A stretch of 32,000 nucleotides of DNA from the NCBI GenBank assembly GCA_947629205.1, contig CANRCV010000005.1:24193-56192 (forward strand), given 5' to 3'. Numbering within the stretch: position 1 is the stretch's first letter; each line of letters begins with the position of its first letter. This DNA comes from an uncultured Bacilli bacterium (GTDB taxonomy: Bacteria; Bacillota_I; Bacilli_A; RF39; UBA660). Below are positions 7,272 to 15,341 of this stretch, piece after piece. Under the pieces are notes generated by a model. That model was not told the origin of the DNA and did not search any database. It saw only the letters and a list, made by a program, of their open reading frames with translations. The translations under genes and the position numbers were made by a program.

Positions 7272-7505
7272 ATGCCAACTACAAAAGATTCAACAGCAAC
7301 TTGTAGTGAAGCAAGTACAACTTGTTCTAATGTATTTAGAGTAGAAAAAGTGGATGGAAATTGTTGCACTTGTCGTGTTCTTGCAGATAATCCAGATACC
7401 ACTAGCTTAAATCCATACATTGCTACAAATTCATTTTTTACAATTAGTTTAGATTGCATTTGTGCTATTCGTTGTTTAACCGATACATTTGTAGAATGTG
7501 TATAA
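7272..7505 (+). CDS. CotZ/CotY/ExsY-family protein, C-terminal half (coding frame is open from 7266 after joining)
   Basis: Family C-terminal motifs are present (NVFRVEKVDGNCCTCRVL and FFTISLDCICAIRCL). The frame is continuous with 1..225 if the element is removed. Confidence 0.8.
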   Translation: MPTTKDSTATCSEASTTCSNVFRVEKVDGNCCTCRVLADNPDTTSLNPYIATNSFFTISLDCICAIRCLTDTFVECV

Positions 7506-7528
7506 AGACCGATTGGTCTTTTTCTTTT
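7505..7528 (+). terminator. intrinsic terminator of the cotZ-like gene
   Basis: The hairpin aagacc-gatt-ggtctt is followed by a T-rich run. Confidence 0.7.
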
Positions 7529-7645
7529 GCTTCTTTATAATTGAATAGAAATAATTTGAGAGAATAAAAGGGTTATATGATTTTCAAAAGTAATCTTTTT
7601 AAAAGAGGTTTGTAATTGTATAATTTTAGAGTATAGGGTATATAA

Positions 7646-7852
7646 CTATCCATTTTTATAATACGTAACCATTATTTTTTCTTGTTCATAAAAAGCATGA
7701 ATTAACGTATCTTCTATTTCTTGTTGTTGTTCTAAAGATAAAACTGGTTTTTTAATTTTATTTTTTTCTTTTAAAATAGAATCAATAACGGTTTTATTGG
7801 AAACTAAACTTTCAAAAGGAAGCCATTTTATAATTCCTCGATCTTTATTCAT
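7646..7852 (-). CDS. YolD-like protein
   Basis: It has the IKWLPFESL motif, is small, and overlaps the stop of the upstream Y-family polymerase gene by 8 nt. This is the arrangement known from yolD-uvrX type operons. Confidence 0.75.
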   Translation of the reverse strand: MNKDRGIIKWLPFESLVSNKTVIDSILKEKNKIKKPVLSLEQQQEIEDTLIHAFYEQEKIMVTYYKNG

Positions 7853-9098
7853 GATGTCCCCCTATTTTTTGATTTCTTTCTTTGATAGTGGAATCATCTA
7901 ATAAACTAGAAGCTTTTAATAAACTATTTTTTCCATATTTTTCTTTTAAAGTATCTACTGTTTTATGCATTTGTTGCTGTTTTTGAAGTTGTTCAAAATC
8001 TTCAAACAAATTTAGTTGTATCCCTTCTTTTTTACTTAGTTTCCCTAAACATATAGTAATTTTTCGAATGGGTAAATCTTCATAGTAACGATCAAAAAGT
8101 AAGAAAATGTTTTTTAAAAGAAGAGATTCATCATCCGTTGCTATTTCTAATCGAGTATGATGATAAAAACCATCTCCAATGGTTTTAGAATACCCAATTC
8201 CTAAAGCAACAGAGGATGTCTCAAAATGATGAGCACGCAAACGAGTAGTTAAAACACCTAACATTTCTTCAATAATTAATTTAGCATTTTCAGCATAGTA
8301 ATCTTTAAAAAGAACTTGACTATGACTAAAAGATTGTTCTTTTTTAATAGAATCAAAATCACTTATTTTAGAGGTATCTATTCCATTAGCATGATTCCAT
8401 AATTCTTCTCCCATGACTCCAAATTTATCTTTTAGTTTATTCATATCATACTTGGCTAAATCTCCTACTGAAAATAAATTTAAATCATTTAAATGTTTTT
8501 CCATACGAGAACCAATTCCCCACATCTTCGAAAGGGGAGTAATACTCCATAATTTGGTTTTAATATCCTTTTTGGTCCACTTAGCAATATTTTTGGGCAT
8601 GTGTTTCGCTTCAATATCCATAGAGACTTTTGCAAGTAGCATATTAGGGCCTATACCACAAGTTGCTGTAAGACCGGTTTTTTCTTCAATCGTTTTTAAA
8701 ATATCGATAGCAAGTTCTACATCCGTTTTTTGATATAGTTTTAAATAATGCGTAACATCTAAAAAACATTCATCAATGGAATAAATATGTAAATCTTCTT
8801 TAGCTACATAATCTAAATAAATACTGACTACTTCTTTTGATTTTTCTAAATAAAGTTTCATACGAGGAGGAGCAATGGTATAATGAATTGATTTTGGAAT
8901 TTCATAAAGGCGAGTTCTTCCTTTGATACCTTGCTTTTTTAAATAAGGACTTACTGCTAAAGTAATGGCTCCATTTCCTTGAGTAGGATTAGCAACTACT
9001 AAAGGAGTGGTAAAAGGATCTAAATGACGAGCAATACATTCAACAGATGCAAAAAAACTTTTTAAATCAATACATAAAAAATGTCTTTCTTTTTCCAT
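7845..9098 (-). CDS. Y-family (UmuC/DinB-like) translesion DNA polymerase
   Basis: The product has the N-terminus FLCIDLKSFFASVE, the motif YSIDECFLDVT, and the palm and little-finger layout. The start was moved to the ATG at 9098, which has a GGAGGAAAAAT ribosome-binding site. The ORF track starts 20 codons earlier. Confidence 0.9.
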   Translation of the reverse strand: MEKERHFLCIDLKSFFASVECIARHLDPFTTPLVVANPTQGNGAITLAVSPYLKKQGIKGRTRLYEIPKSIHYTIAPPRMKLYLEKSKEVVSIYLDYVAKEDLHIYSIDECFLDVTHYLKLYQKTDVELAIDILKTIEEKTGLTATCGIGPNMLLAKVSMDIEAKHMPKNIAKWTKKDIKTKLWSITPLSKMWGIGSRMEKHLNDLNLFSVGDLAKYDMNKLKDKFGVMGEELWNHANGIDTSKISDFDSIKKEQSFSHSQVLFKDYYAENAKLIIEEMLGVLTTRLRAHHFETSSVALGIGYSKTIGDGFYHHTRLEIATDDESLLLKNIFLLFDRYYEDLPIRKITICLGKLSKKEGIQLNLFEDFEQLQKQQQMHKTVDTLKEKYGKNSLLKASSLLDDSTIKERNQKIGGHHE

Positions 9099-9222
9099 AT
9101 TTTTCCTCCAAATATTTGTTCGTATTTTCATTATAAGAAAAAGATAGAAAAACTGCAACTGGTAAGATTTAACAAATGTATTTTTTATTGAAAAAATAAA
9201 TAAATTATTATATAATCAAAAC

Positions 9223-9300
9223 GTAAGTGTTACCGAATTGGTAACGCTCACTTGAGTTTGCGTTATATCATAAGAATTCTTATGATATGGCGTTTTTTTT
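9223..9300 (+). ncRNA. small RNA candidate (possible type I antitoxin)
   Basis: A consensus promoter is present: TTGAAA (9188..9193), 17 nt, TATAAT (9211..9216). The transcript has two hairpins. The second is a perfect palindrome (tatcataagaa/ttcttatgata) followed by an 8-T run. It is convergent with the 29-codon ORF. Confidence 0.35.
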
Positions 9301-9388
9301 ATGTTAAACGTAGTATTATTACGAATAACATAGCTATAACAACGAGTAGAATAACATCAAACAACAAGTGCAGTGTTTCTTTCGTCAT
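9299..9388 (-). CDS. 29-aa hydrophobic peptide, candidate type I toxin
   Basis: The product is MTKETLHLLFDVILLVVIAMLFVIILRLT, a single TM helix with charged ends. On the minus strand, TTGAAA-16-TATAAT lies upstream (plus-strand coordinates 9507..9534), giving a 5-prime UTR of about 110 nt. Confidence 0.4.
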   Translation of the reverse strand: MTKETLHLLFDVILLVVIAMLFVIILRLT

Positions 9389-9639
9389 AACTACCAACCC
9401 TTTCCCTTTATAGATTTTTGAGAAATGTATACAACCAAAACCCCCCAAAAACATAAAAAGATAAAAATTGTTAGTAAACGCCACCTTTTCTCGGTAACGG
9501 TGAGTTATTATAAATCATTTTTTTTCATTTTCAAGCGTTTCGACAAAACAAGTCAAAATTAACAAAAAAAATAAATCCCTTGTTTCTCTTTGTTTAATAA
9601 GTTACAATAAAAGTAATAAAATAAAGTGTGGGGAATGTT

Positions 9640-10527
9640 ATGGAAAAAAGAAAGAATTCTTTTATGGGAGAAATAAAAACCGATGTTGATTTAAAGAATT
9701 ATTCAACATTTAAAGTTTCTTGTATTGCTAAATATTTTTGTATTCCTAAAGATGAAGAAGATTTAATTCTTTTATTAAAAAGTTTAAAAAAAATAAATAA
9801 GCGTTATGTTTTATTAGGAAATGGATCGAATGTTTTATTTGCATCTTCTGTATTTGATGGAGTGATTATTTCTTTAGAAAAGTTAAATACACTCGAAATT
9901 CAAGATGACTTTGTTTATGCGGGAGCTGGACTTTCTTTAATTGGTTTTAGTACCTCTTTATCTTTAAAAGGGTATAAAAATTTTGAGTTTTTAACAGGAA
10001 TTCCTGGTAGTGTAGGAGCTTCTGTTTGTATGAATGTGGGAGCCCATCAACAAGAAATTTCATCTCTTCTTTCTAAAGTAAAAGTCTTGACTCACGATTT
10101 TAAAATTCAGTATTATAAACCAGAAGAACTTTCTTTTTCTTATCGAAATTCTTTTTTTAAACAACATAAAGATTTTATTTGTTTAGGAGCTCAGTTTAAA
10201 TTAGAAAAAGGAAATGTAGAAGACATTCAAAAAAGAATACAAGAGTACAAAGAAAGAAGACAAAGAACCCAACCTTTAGAATTTCCATCCGCTGGTAGTG
10301 TATTTCAAAATCCAGAAGGGTATACTAGTGGAAAACTCATTGAACAGTTAGGATTTAAAAAATACAAAGTTGGAGATGCTGAGGTGAGTGAAAAACATGC
10401 CAATTTTATTATTAATCGAGGAAATGCTACCGGGCATGATATAGAAACGTTAATTCAAATGATTCAAAAAGCAGTCAAAAAAGAATATGGAATGGATTTA
10501 AAGTTAGAAATTGAAATTATAAAGTAA
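9640..10527 (+). CDS. murB: UDP-N-acetylenolpyruvoylglucosamine reductase
   Basis: The product has an FAD-binding MurB pattern (LGNGSNVLF, GIPGSVGA) and a C-terminal MurB domain (SAGSVFQNP ... AEVSEKHANFIIN). The start could be 9628 or 9640. Confidence 0.9.
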   Translation: MEKRKNSFMGEIKTDVDLKNYSTFKVSCIAKYFCIPKDEEDLILLLKSLKKINKRYVLLGNGSNVLFASSVFDGVIISLEKLNTLEIQDDFVYAGAGLSLIGFSTSLSLKGYKNFEFLTGIPGSVGASVCMNVGAHQQEISSLLSKVKVLTHDFKIQYYKPEELSFSYRNSFFKQHKDFICLGAQFKLEKGNVEDIQKRIQEYKERRQRTQPLEFPSAGSVFQNPEGYTSGKLIEQLGFKKYKVGDAEVSEKHANFIINRGNATGHDIETLIQMIQKAVKKEYGMDLKLEIEIIK

Positions 10528-10541
10528 GTTAGGTGTTTCGT

Positions 10542-11276
10542 ATGGAATTAAAGCAACAACAATGGAGTAAAGATAAATATCAAGAATATGTAAAATATTT
10601 AGAAAGTTTACAAGATATCTCTTATAAAGAGTTTCATAGTAAATTAACAACTACTAAGTATGAAATTATAGGTATACGTGTTCCTATACAAAGAAAGATA
10701 GCTAAAGAAATTTGTAAAGGAGATGTCTTTTCTTTTTTAAAAGAATGTAAAGAAAACTATTATGAAGAGGTTTTAATCAAAGGTTTTGTAATTGCCCATA
10801 TAAAAGAAAAAGAAGCCTTTTTATCTTATTTTTCTTCTTATCTTCCTCTTATCGATAACTGGGCGATTTGTGATGGTTTTTGTAATTGTTTAGAACTAGT
10901 AAAAGAACATCCAGAAGAATTGTTTACCTATTTTTTATCTCTTTTACAAGCAAAAGAGGTTTTTACGATTCGAGTAGGAATAGTCGTTTTATTAACCTTT
11001 TATATTCAAAAAGAGTATTTAGAAGATATTTTTAAAGCTATAGATCAAATCCAAGTTGATTCTTATTATGTCAATATGGCTATTGCTTGGTTATTGTGTT
11101 CTTGTTTTATTAAATACCGAGAAAAAACTTTACTCTATTTAGAAAAAAGTCACATAAATACATTTACTTTTAACAAAACAATCAGTAAAATAAGAGATAG
11201 TTATTGTGTTTCTTTGGAAGAAAAAGAATTTGTTCAAAGTTTACGCAGAAAGGAGGAAAAACATGAAAAAAAGTAA
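10542..11276 (+). CDS. DNA alkylation repair protein (AlkD-like HEAT-repeat family)
   Basis: The pattern YKEFHSKLTTTKYEIIGIRVPIQRKIAKEI ... DNWAICD is typical of the family. An AGGTG ribosome-binding site precedes the ATG at 10542. Confidence 0.8.
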   Translation: MELKQQQWSKDKYQEYVKYLESLQDISYKEFHSKLTTTKYEIIGIRVPIQRKIAKEICKGDVFSFLKECKENYYEEVLIKGFVIAHIKEKEAFLSYFSSYLPLIDNWAICDGFCNCLELVKEHPEELFTYFLSLLQAKEVFTIRVGIVVLLTFYIQKEYLEDIFKAIDQIQVDSYYVNMAIAWLLCSCFIKYREKTLLYLEKSHINTFTFNKTISKIRDSYCVSLEEKEFVQSLRRKEEKHEKK

Positions 11277-11883
11277 AATACTTTTCATTATTGGTTTATT
11301 GTTTCTTATAACGGGTTGTGGAAAAGAAAGTTTAGGAGAGGTAACAGAGTATGATACAATAACCTATCAAACAACTAATAAAAAGACCAATAATGTGGTA
11401 ATTGAATTAGAACAAGAGAAAAAAATAATCGTAGAGTTGTATCCAGAGGTAGCTCCTATTACGGTGACGAATTTTAAAAAATTAGTACAAAAAGATTTTT
11501 ATAATGATACGATCTTTCATAGAGTAATTAAAGATTTTGTTATTCAAGGAGGAGATGGAACAACTCTTGGAAGAAATACAAATACGATTAAAGGGGAATT
11601 TGCATCGAATGGTGTATCCAATTCTTTAAAACATGAACGAGGGGTTTTATCCATGGCTAGAGCATCTAGTATGGATAGTGCGAGTTCTCAGTTTTTTATC
11701 GTTTTAGAAAATAATCAAACAACACAAGCTTTAGATGGAGAATATGCAGCGTTTGGACGTGTCATTGCTGGTATGTCTGTTGTTGATGAAATTGCTTCTG
11801 TTGTAACAGATCGTAATGATAAACCTCTTAAAGATATAAAAATTAAAAATATGGAATTTGTGAAGGTGATAGAAAATGAATAG
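11263..11883 (+). CDS. cyclophilin-type peptidyl-prolyl isomerase, lipoprotein
   Basis: A lipobox (LFLITGC) and the cyclophilin core (FHRVIKDFVIQGGD ... SQFFIV) are present. An AGGAGG ribosome-binding site lies at 11251. Confidence 0.9.
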   Translation: MKKSKILFIIGLLFLITGCGKESLGEVTEYDTITYQTTNKKTNNVVIELEQEKKIIVELYPEVAPITVTNFKKLVQKDFYNDTIFHRVIKDFVIQGGDGTTLGRNTNTIKGEFASNGVSNSLKHERGVLSMARASSMDSASSQFFIVLENNQTTQALDGEYAAFGRVIAGMSVVDEIASVVTDRNDKPLKDIKIKNMEFVKVIENE

Positions 11884-13525
11884 AGAAGATTTAGCTAATC
11901 TAATATTTCCAACAATTACAAAAACAATTGCAGATTATGAAAAAATGTATCCAGAAAGAAATTTAGAAAATGAGGCCAAAGTGACGCGATTTGCTCCAAG
12001 TCCAACAGGATTTATGCATATAGGTCATTTTATGCCTACTTTAATTAATTATGTTTTAGCGAAACAAAGTAATGGTATCTTTTATCTTCGTAATGAAGAT
12101 ACGGATTCTTCAAGAGAGGTGGATGGAGCTGTTTCTTATATTCGTCATGTCTTTTCTCATTATCATATAAAACCAGATGAGTATGAATACAAAGATTTAA
12201 ACGAAACAAAAGGATTATATGCTCCTTATATTCAAAGTGAAAGAAAAGAGATTTATCAAACATTCATTAAATATTTAATTCAAGAAGGAAAAGCTTATCC
12301 TTGTTTTTTAACACCAGAAGAAATCGATAGTATTCGTGAAGGACAAGCAAAAGATAAAAGAAGAATTGGAATTTATGGACGTTATGCTAAATATAGAGAT
12401 TTACCTGTAGAAGAAGCAATGAAACGTATTAAAAAGGGAGAGGTCTATACCATTCGTTTAAAAAGTAGTGGAGATTTTAATCGTAAGTTTAAATTTAATG
12501 ATTTAGCTTTTGGAGAAATGGAATTACCAGAAAATGATTTAGATATCCCGATTATGAAAAGTAAAGATGGTCTTCCAACTTACCACTTTGCTCATTTAGT
12601 GGATGATCATTTAATGCATACCACTCATGTTGTTCGTGGACAAGAATGGCTTAGTTCTGTTCCTATTCATTATGAATTATTTAAAACATTTGGTTTTAAA
12701 ATGCCTAAATACATACATATTCCTCTTATTTTAAAAAAAGATGGAGAAAGTATTCGTAAAATTTCTAAACGATTAGATCCGGAAGCTAAAATGAGTTACT
12801 ATGAAGAAAAGGGGTATCCTTATCTTGCTGTTATTGAAGCGGTTATGACCATTGCCAATTCCAATTATGAAGCATGGAGAGAAGGACATCCAACAGAACC
12901 TTATACCAATTTTCCTTTTTCTCCTAAAAAGATGAGTGCAAGTGGTGCTTTATTTGACTTAGATAAATTAGATAATATTTCTAAAAATATTATCAGCCGT
13001 ATGACCAAAGAAGAGGTTTATGAAGGTGTTTTAAATTGGAGTAAAGAATATGATATAGAATTTTATAATCTGTTAATAAAATACAAAGACTATTCCATGC
13101 TTATCTATAATATAGAAAGAGAACAAAAAAAGCCTCGTAAAGATTATACGTACTATAGTGAAATAAAAGAAAAAACTTGGTATATGTACGATGAATATTT
13201 TAAAGATGCAACCATTACTTTTGCAAGTCCAATACAACAAGTAAAAACAATTTTAGAAGAATATAAAACTATTTATCAAGAAGAAGATTTACAAGAACAA
13301 TGGTTTACAAAAATAAAAGAACTTTGTACAAAATTGAATTATGCAACGGATATGAAAGCGTATAAAGAAAATCCAGAAAAGTATTTAGGAAGTATTGTAG
13401 ATGTTACCAATATTATTCGAGTTGCTCTAACTAGTTTAACAACAACTCCGGATTTATATAGTATTATGAAAATTTTAGGAAAAGAGAAAGTTTTAGCAAG
13501 AATCGAGAAAATACTTGTAAAATAA
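11876..13525 (+). CDS. gltX: glutamate--tRNA ligase
   Basis: It has the class I signature RFAPSPTGFMHIGH and a KMSKS-like KISKR motif, with GltX-like overall colinearity. Confidence 0.9.
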   Translation: MNREDLANLIFPTITKTIADYEKMYPERNLENEAKVTRFAPSPTGFMHIGHFMPTLINYVLAKQSNGIFYLRNEDTDSSREVDGAVSYIRHVFSHYHIKPDEYEYKDLNETKGLYAPYIQSERKEIYQTFIKYLIQEGKAYPCFLTPEEIDSIREGQAKDKRRIGIYGRYAKYRDLPVEEAMKRIKKGEVYTIRLKSSGDFNRKFKFNDLAFGEMELPENDLDIPIMKSKDGLPTYHFAHLVDDHLMHTTHVVRGQEWLSSVPIHYELFKTFGFKMPKYIHIPLILKKDGESIRKISKRLDPEAKMSYYEEKGYPYLAVIEAVMTIANSNYEAWREGHPTEPYTNFPFSPKKMSASGALFDLDKLDNISKNIISRMTKEEVYEGVLNWSKEYDIEFYNLLIKYKDYSMLIYNIEREQKKPRKDYTYYSEIKEKTWYMYDEYFKDATITFASPIQQVKTILEEYKTIYQEEDLQEQWFTKIKELCTKLNYATDMKAYKENPEKYLGSIVDVTNIIRVALTSLTTTPDLYSIMKILGKEKVLARIEKILVK

Positions 13526-13571
13526 CTTTCTTTTTTTTATAATACTAAATAAGTAAAGTGGGTGTAGGAAT

Positions 13572-14768
13572 GTGAATCAAAAGGCTAAAAAGAAAAAGAA
13601 AACGAAAAAGAAAAAAACGAATACAGCAAAAAGAAAAACAACAACCAAAACAACCAGAACCCCAGCCAAGAAAAAGAAAACAACCAATAAAGCCAAACCA
13701 ATCCTGAAAGAAGAAACGAGTAAAAAAACGGTAGAAAAACCAGTAAAAAAAATTGTTTCTACGAAAAAAGTAGAAGGAACAAATGTAACTACCCCTGAAA
13801 AAAACATTTTAGGAAAACAAAAAGCGTTTTTTGAACAACTCATGGAATTTTTTAAAAAAGAAAAAGATCTTTTAGAGAAGAAATTAAATAAAAAGAAAAA
13901 AACCAAAAAGAAAAAGAAAAAGAAAACGAAAAAAAAGAAGAAAAATTCTTCATGGAAAGAAAAATTTGCTCTTTTCCATTTAAAAAGTACAACCAAACGA
14001 AAATGTCTTTTTATGGCTATCTTCTTTCTAATACTGGCTTTACTATTAAGTCTTCCTTATAAACTAAGCCGTTATAATTCTCCCGCTTCTAATGTTTCTT
14101 TAGCAGTACCTAGATTTTCTAAGTTAAAAGAAGAGTGTTGTAATTATAATGCTACTTTTGTAACACCAAGAAATAGTTTTACAATTCAAAAAGAGTTAGA
14201 AAAAATGGTTCAAAAATATAAAACCATTGATTGTGATGGAAAGATGTATTATTACAATGAAGAAGATAATTATACGATTGCAGAATATGGTGTGAAAAGA
14301 GGATGGTTTTTAAATGAATTTTATATTCTTTATGGACCAGGAAATTCTTGTGCTATTGATACCAAGTTTAAAAAATTAGAATTATTACCAGAGAATTTTT
14401 CTTTAGAAGATGCAAAAAAAGATGGTAATTATGTTATAGAGCAAGATAAAGTATATAATCAAGAGGCTTATACGACTTTTATAGAACAAGTAAATCGAAA
14501 AATACCAAGTTCTCTTCGTATTGTCACAACGAATAAAGAAGGGGATGTATTAATTACAGATTTAGAATATTTAAGTGATGGTAAGTATAAGGTTTCTTAT
14601 GATGGAACAAGAGATCGTATGGTTAAAAACAATCATAGTATTATTGCTTATAAATTTGAACATTTAACCGTTTCCAATCATAAATTATATGCCTATAACG
14701 GAGAAGAATTAAAAATTAAAAAAGCGAAGAAATATGAAACTTATTATTTACTCGATGTAGAAGAGTAA
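13572..14768 (+). CDS. membrane protein with Lys-rich N-terminus and DUF4362-like C-terminal domain
   Basis: Two poly-K/T tracts are followed by one TM helix. The C-terminal pattern (DGNYVIEQDKVYN ... LRIVTTNKEGDVLITDLEY..DGKY) resembles DUF4362. Confidence 0.65.
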   Translation: MNQKAKKKKKTKKKKTNTAKRKTTTKTTRTPAKKKKTTNKAKPILKEETSKKTVEKPVKKIVSTKKVEGTNVTTPEKNILGKQKAFFEQLMEFFKKEKDLLEKKLNKKKKTKKKKKKKTKKKKKNSSWKEKFALFHLKSTTKRKCLFMAIFFLILALLLSLPYKLSRYNSPASNVSLAVPRFSKLKEECCNYNATFVTPRNSFTIQKELEKMVQKYKTIDCDGKMYYYNEEDNYTIAEYGVKRGWFLNEFYILYGPGNSCAIDTKFKKLELLPENFSLEDAKKDGNYVIEQDKVYNQEAYTTFIEQVNRKIPSSLRIVTTNKEGDVLITDLEYLSDGKYKVSYDGTRDRMVKNNHSIIAYKFEHLTVSNHKLYAYNGEELKIKKAKKYETYYLLDVEE

Positions 14769-14835
14769 AAATAAGTTTTTTTTGTATATTTTTTTCTTTT
14801 TAAAGATATACTAAAGTAGTAGAAAGGGGATAGTT

Positions 14836-15243
14836 ATGTATTTTCCAAGAAGAAATGATTTTGATGTTTTTGATTTTTTTCCAGATACTTTTTTTCAAAA
14901 AGAACAACAACGAATGAAAACGGATATTGAAGAATTAGAAGATAAGTATATTCTTACAGTGGATATACCAGGGGTTCAAAAAGAAAATATAAAAATGGAA
15001 ATGGAAGGTGGTTATTTAACAATCCAAGTTAAAGAGGAAAAAAACACGAGTTCCATTCAAGAACATTATGTGAAAAAAGAAAGATTTTCAGGAGAATGTT
15101 TTAGAAGTTTTTATATTGGAGAAGAAGTTCATCAAGAAGAGATTAAAGCTAGATACACCAATGGTACTCTTATTATTGAAATCCCTAAAAAAGAAAACAA
15201 AGGGGATAACAAAACGAAAAAAATGATTGCTATAGAAGATTAA
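14836..15243 (+). CDS. Hsp20/alpha-crystallin small heat-shock protein
   Basis: An alpha-crystallin domain is present (DIEELEDKYILTVDIPGV ... YTNGTLIIEIPK). Confidence 0.9.
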   Translation: MYFPRRNDFDVFDFFPDTFFQKEQQRMKTDIEELEDKYILTVDIPGVQKENIKMEMEGGYLTIQVKEEKNTSSIQEHYVKKERFSGECFRSFYIGEEVHQEEIKARYTNGTLIIEIPKKENKGDNKTKKMIAIED

Positions 15244-15270
15244 TATCTCACCAAAAGAGATATTTTTTTT
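15243..15270 (+). terminator. intrinsic terminator
   Basis: The 7-bp stem atatctc/gagatat is followed by a T-run. Confidence 0.7.
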
Positions 15271-15341
15271 CTAAAATATTTGTCAAATGCATAAATCTTT
15301 AGTACAATAGAAAAAAGATATGATAAAGTGAGTGATTATTC

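Noticed and set aside
7253-7459. 68-aa minus-strand ORF
   Set aside because: It is antisense to the cotZ-like C-terminal half, which has clear family motifs.
9111-9124. LexA (Cheo) box upstream of the Y-family polymerase
   Set aside because: Only the CGAAC half matches. The second half reads ATTTG instead of GTTCG. It is kept as a weak possibility within a finding and not called as a feature.
9299-9484. Full 61-aa version of the minus-strand ORF
   Set aside because: The upstream GTG start abuts the purine-rich stretch with no spacing. The N-terminal half has no features. The internal ATG at 9388 gives a peptide typical of type I toxins.
13577-13996. 139-aa minus-strand ORF rich in Phe
   Set aside because: It is an antisense artefact of the polypurine Lys-rich tracts.
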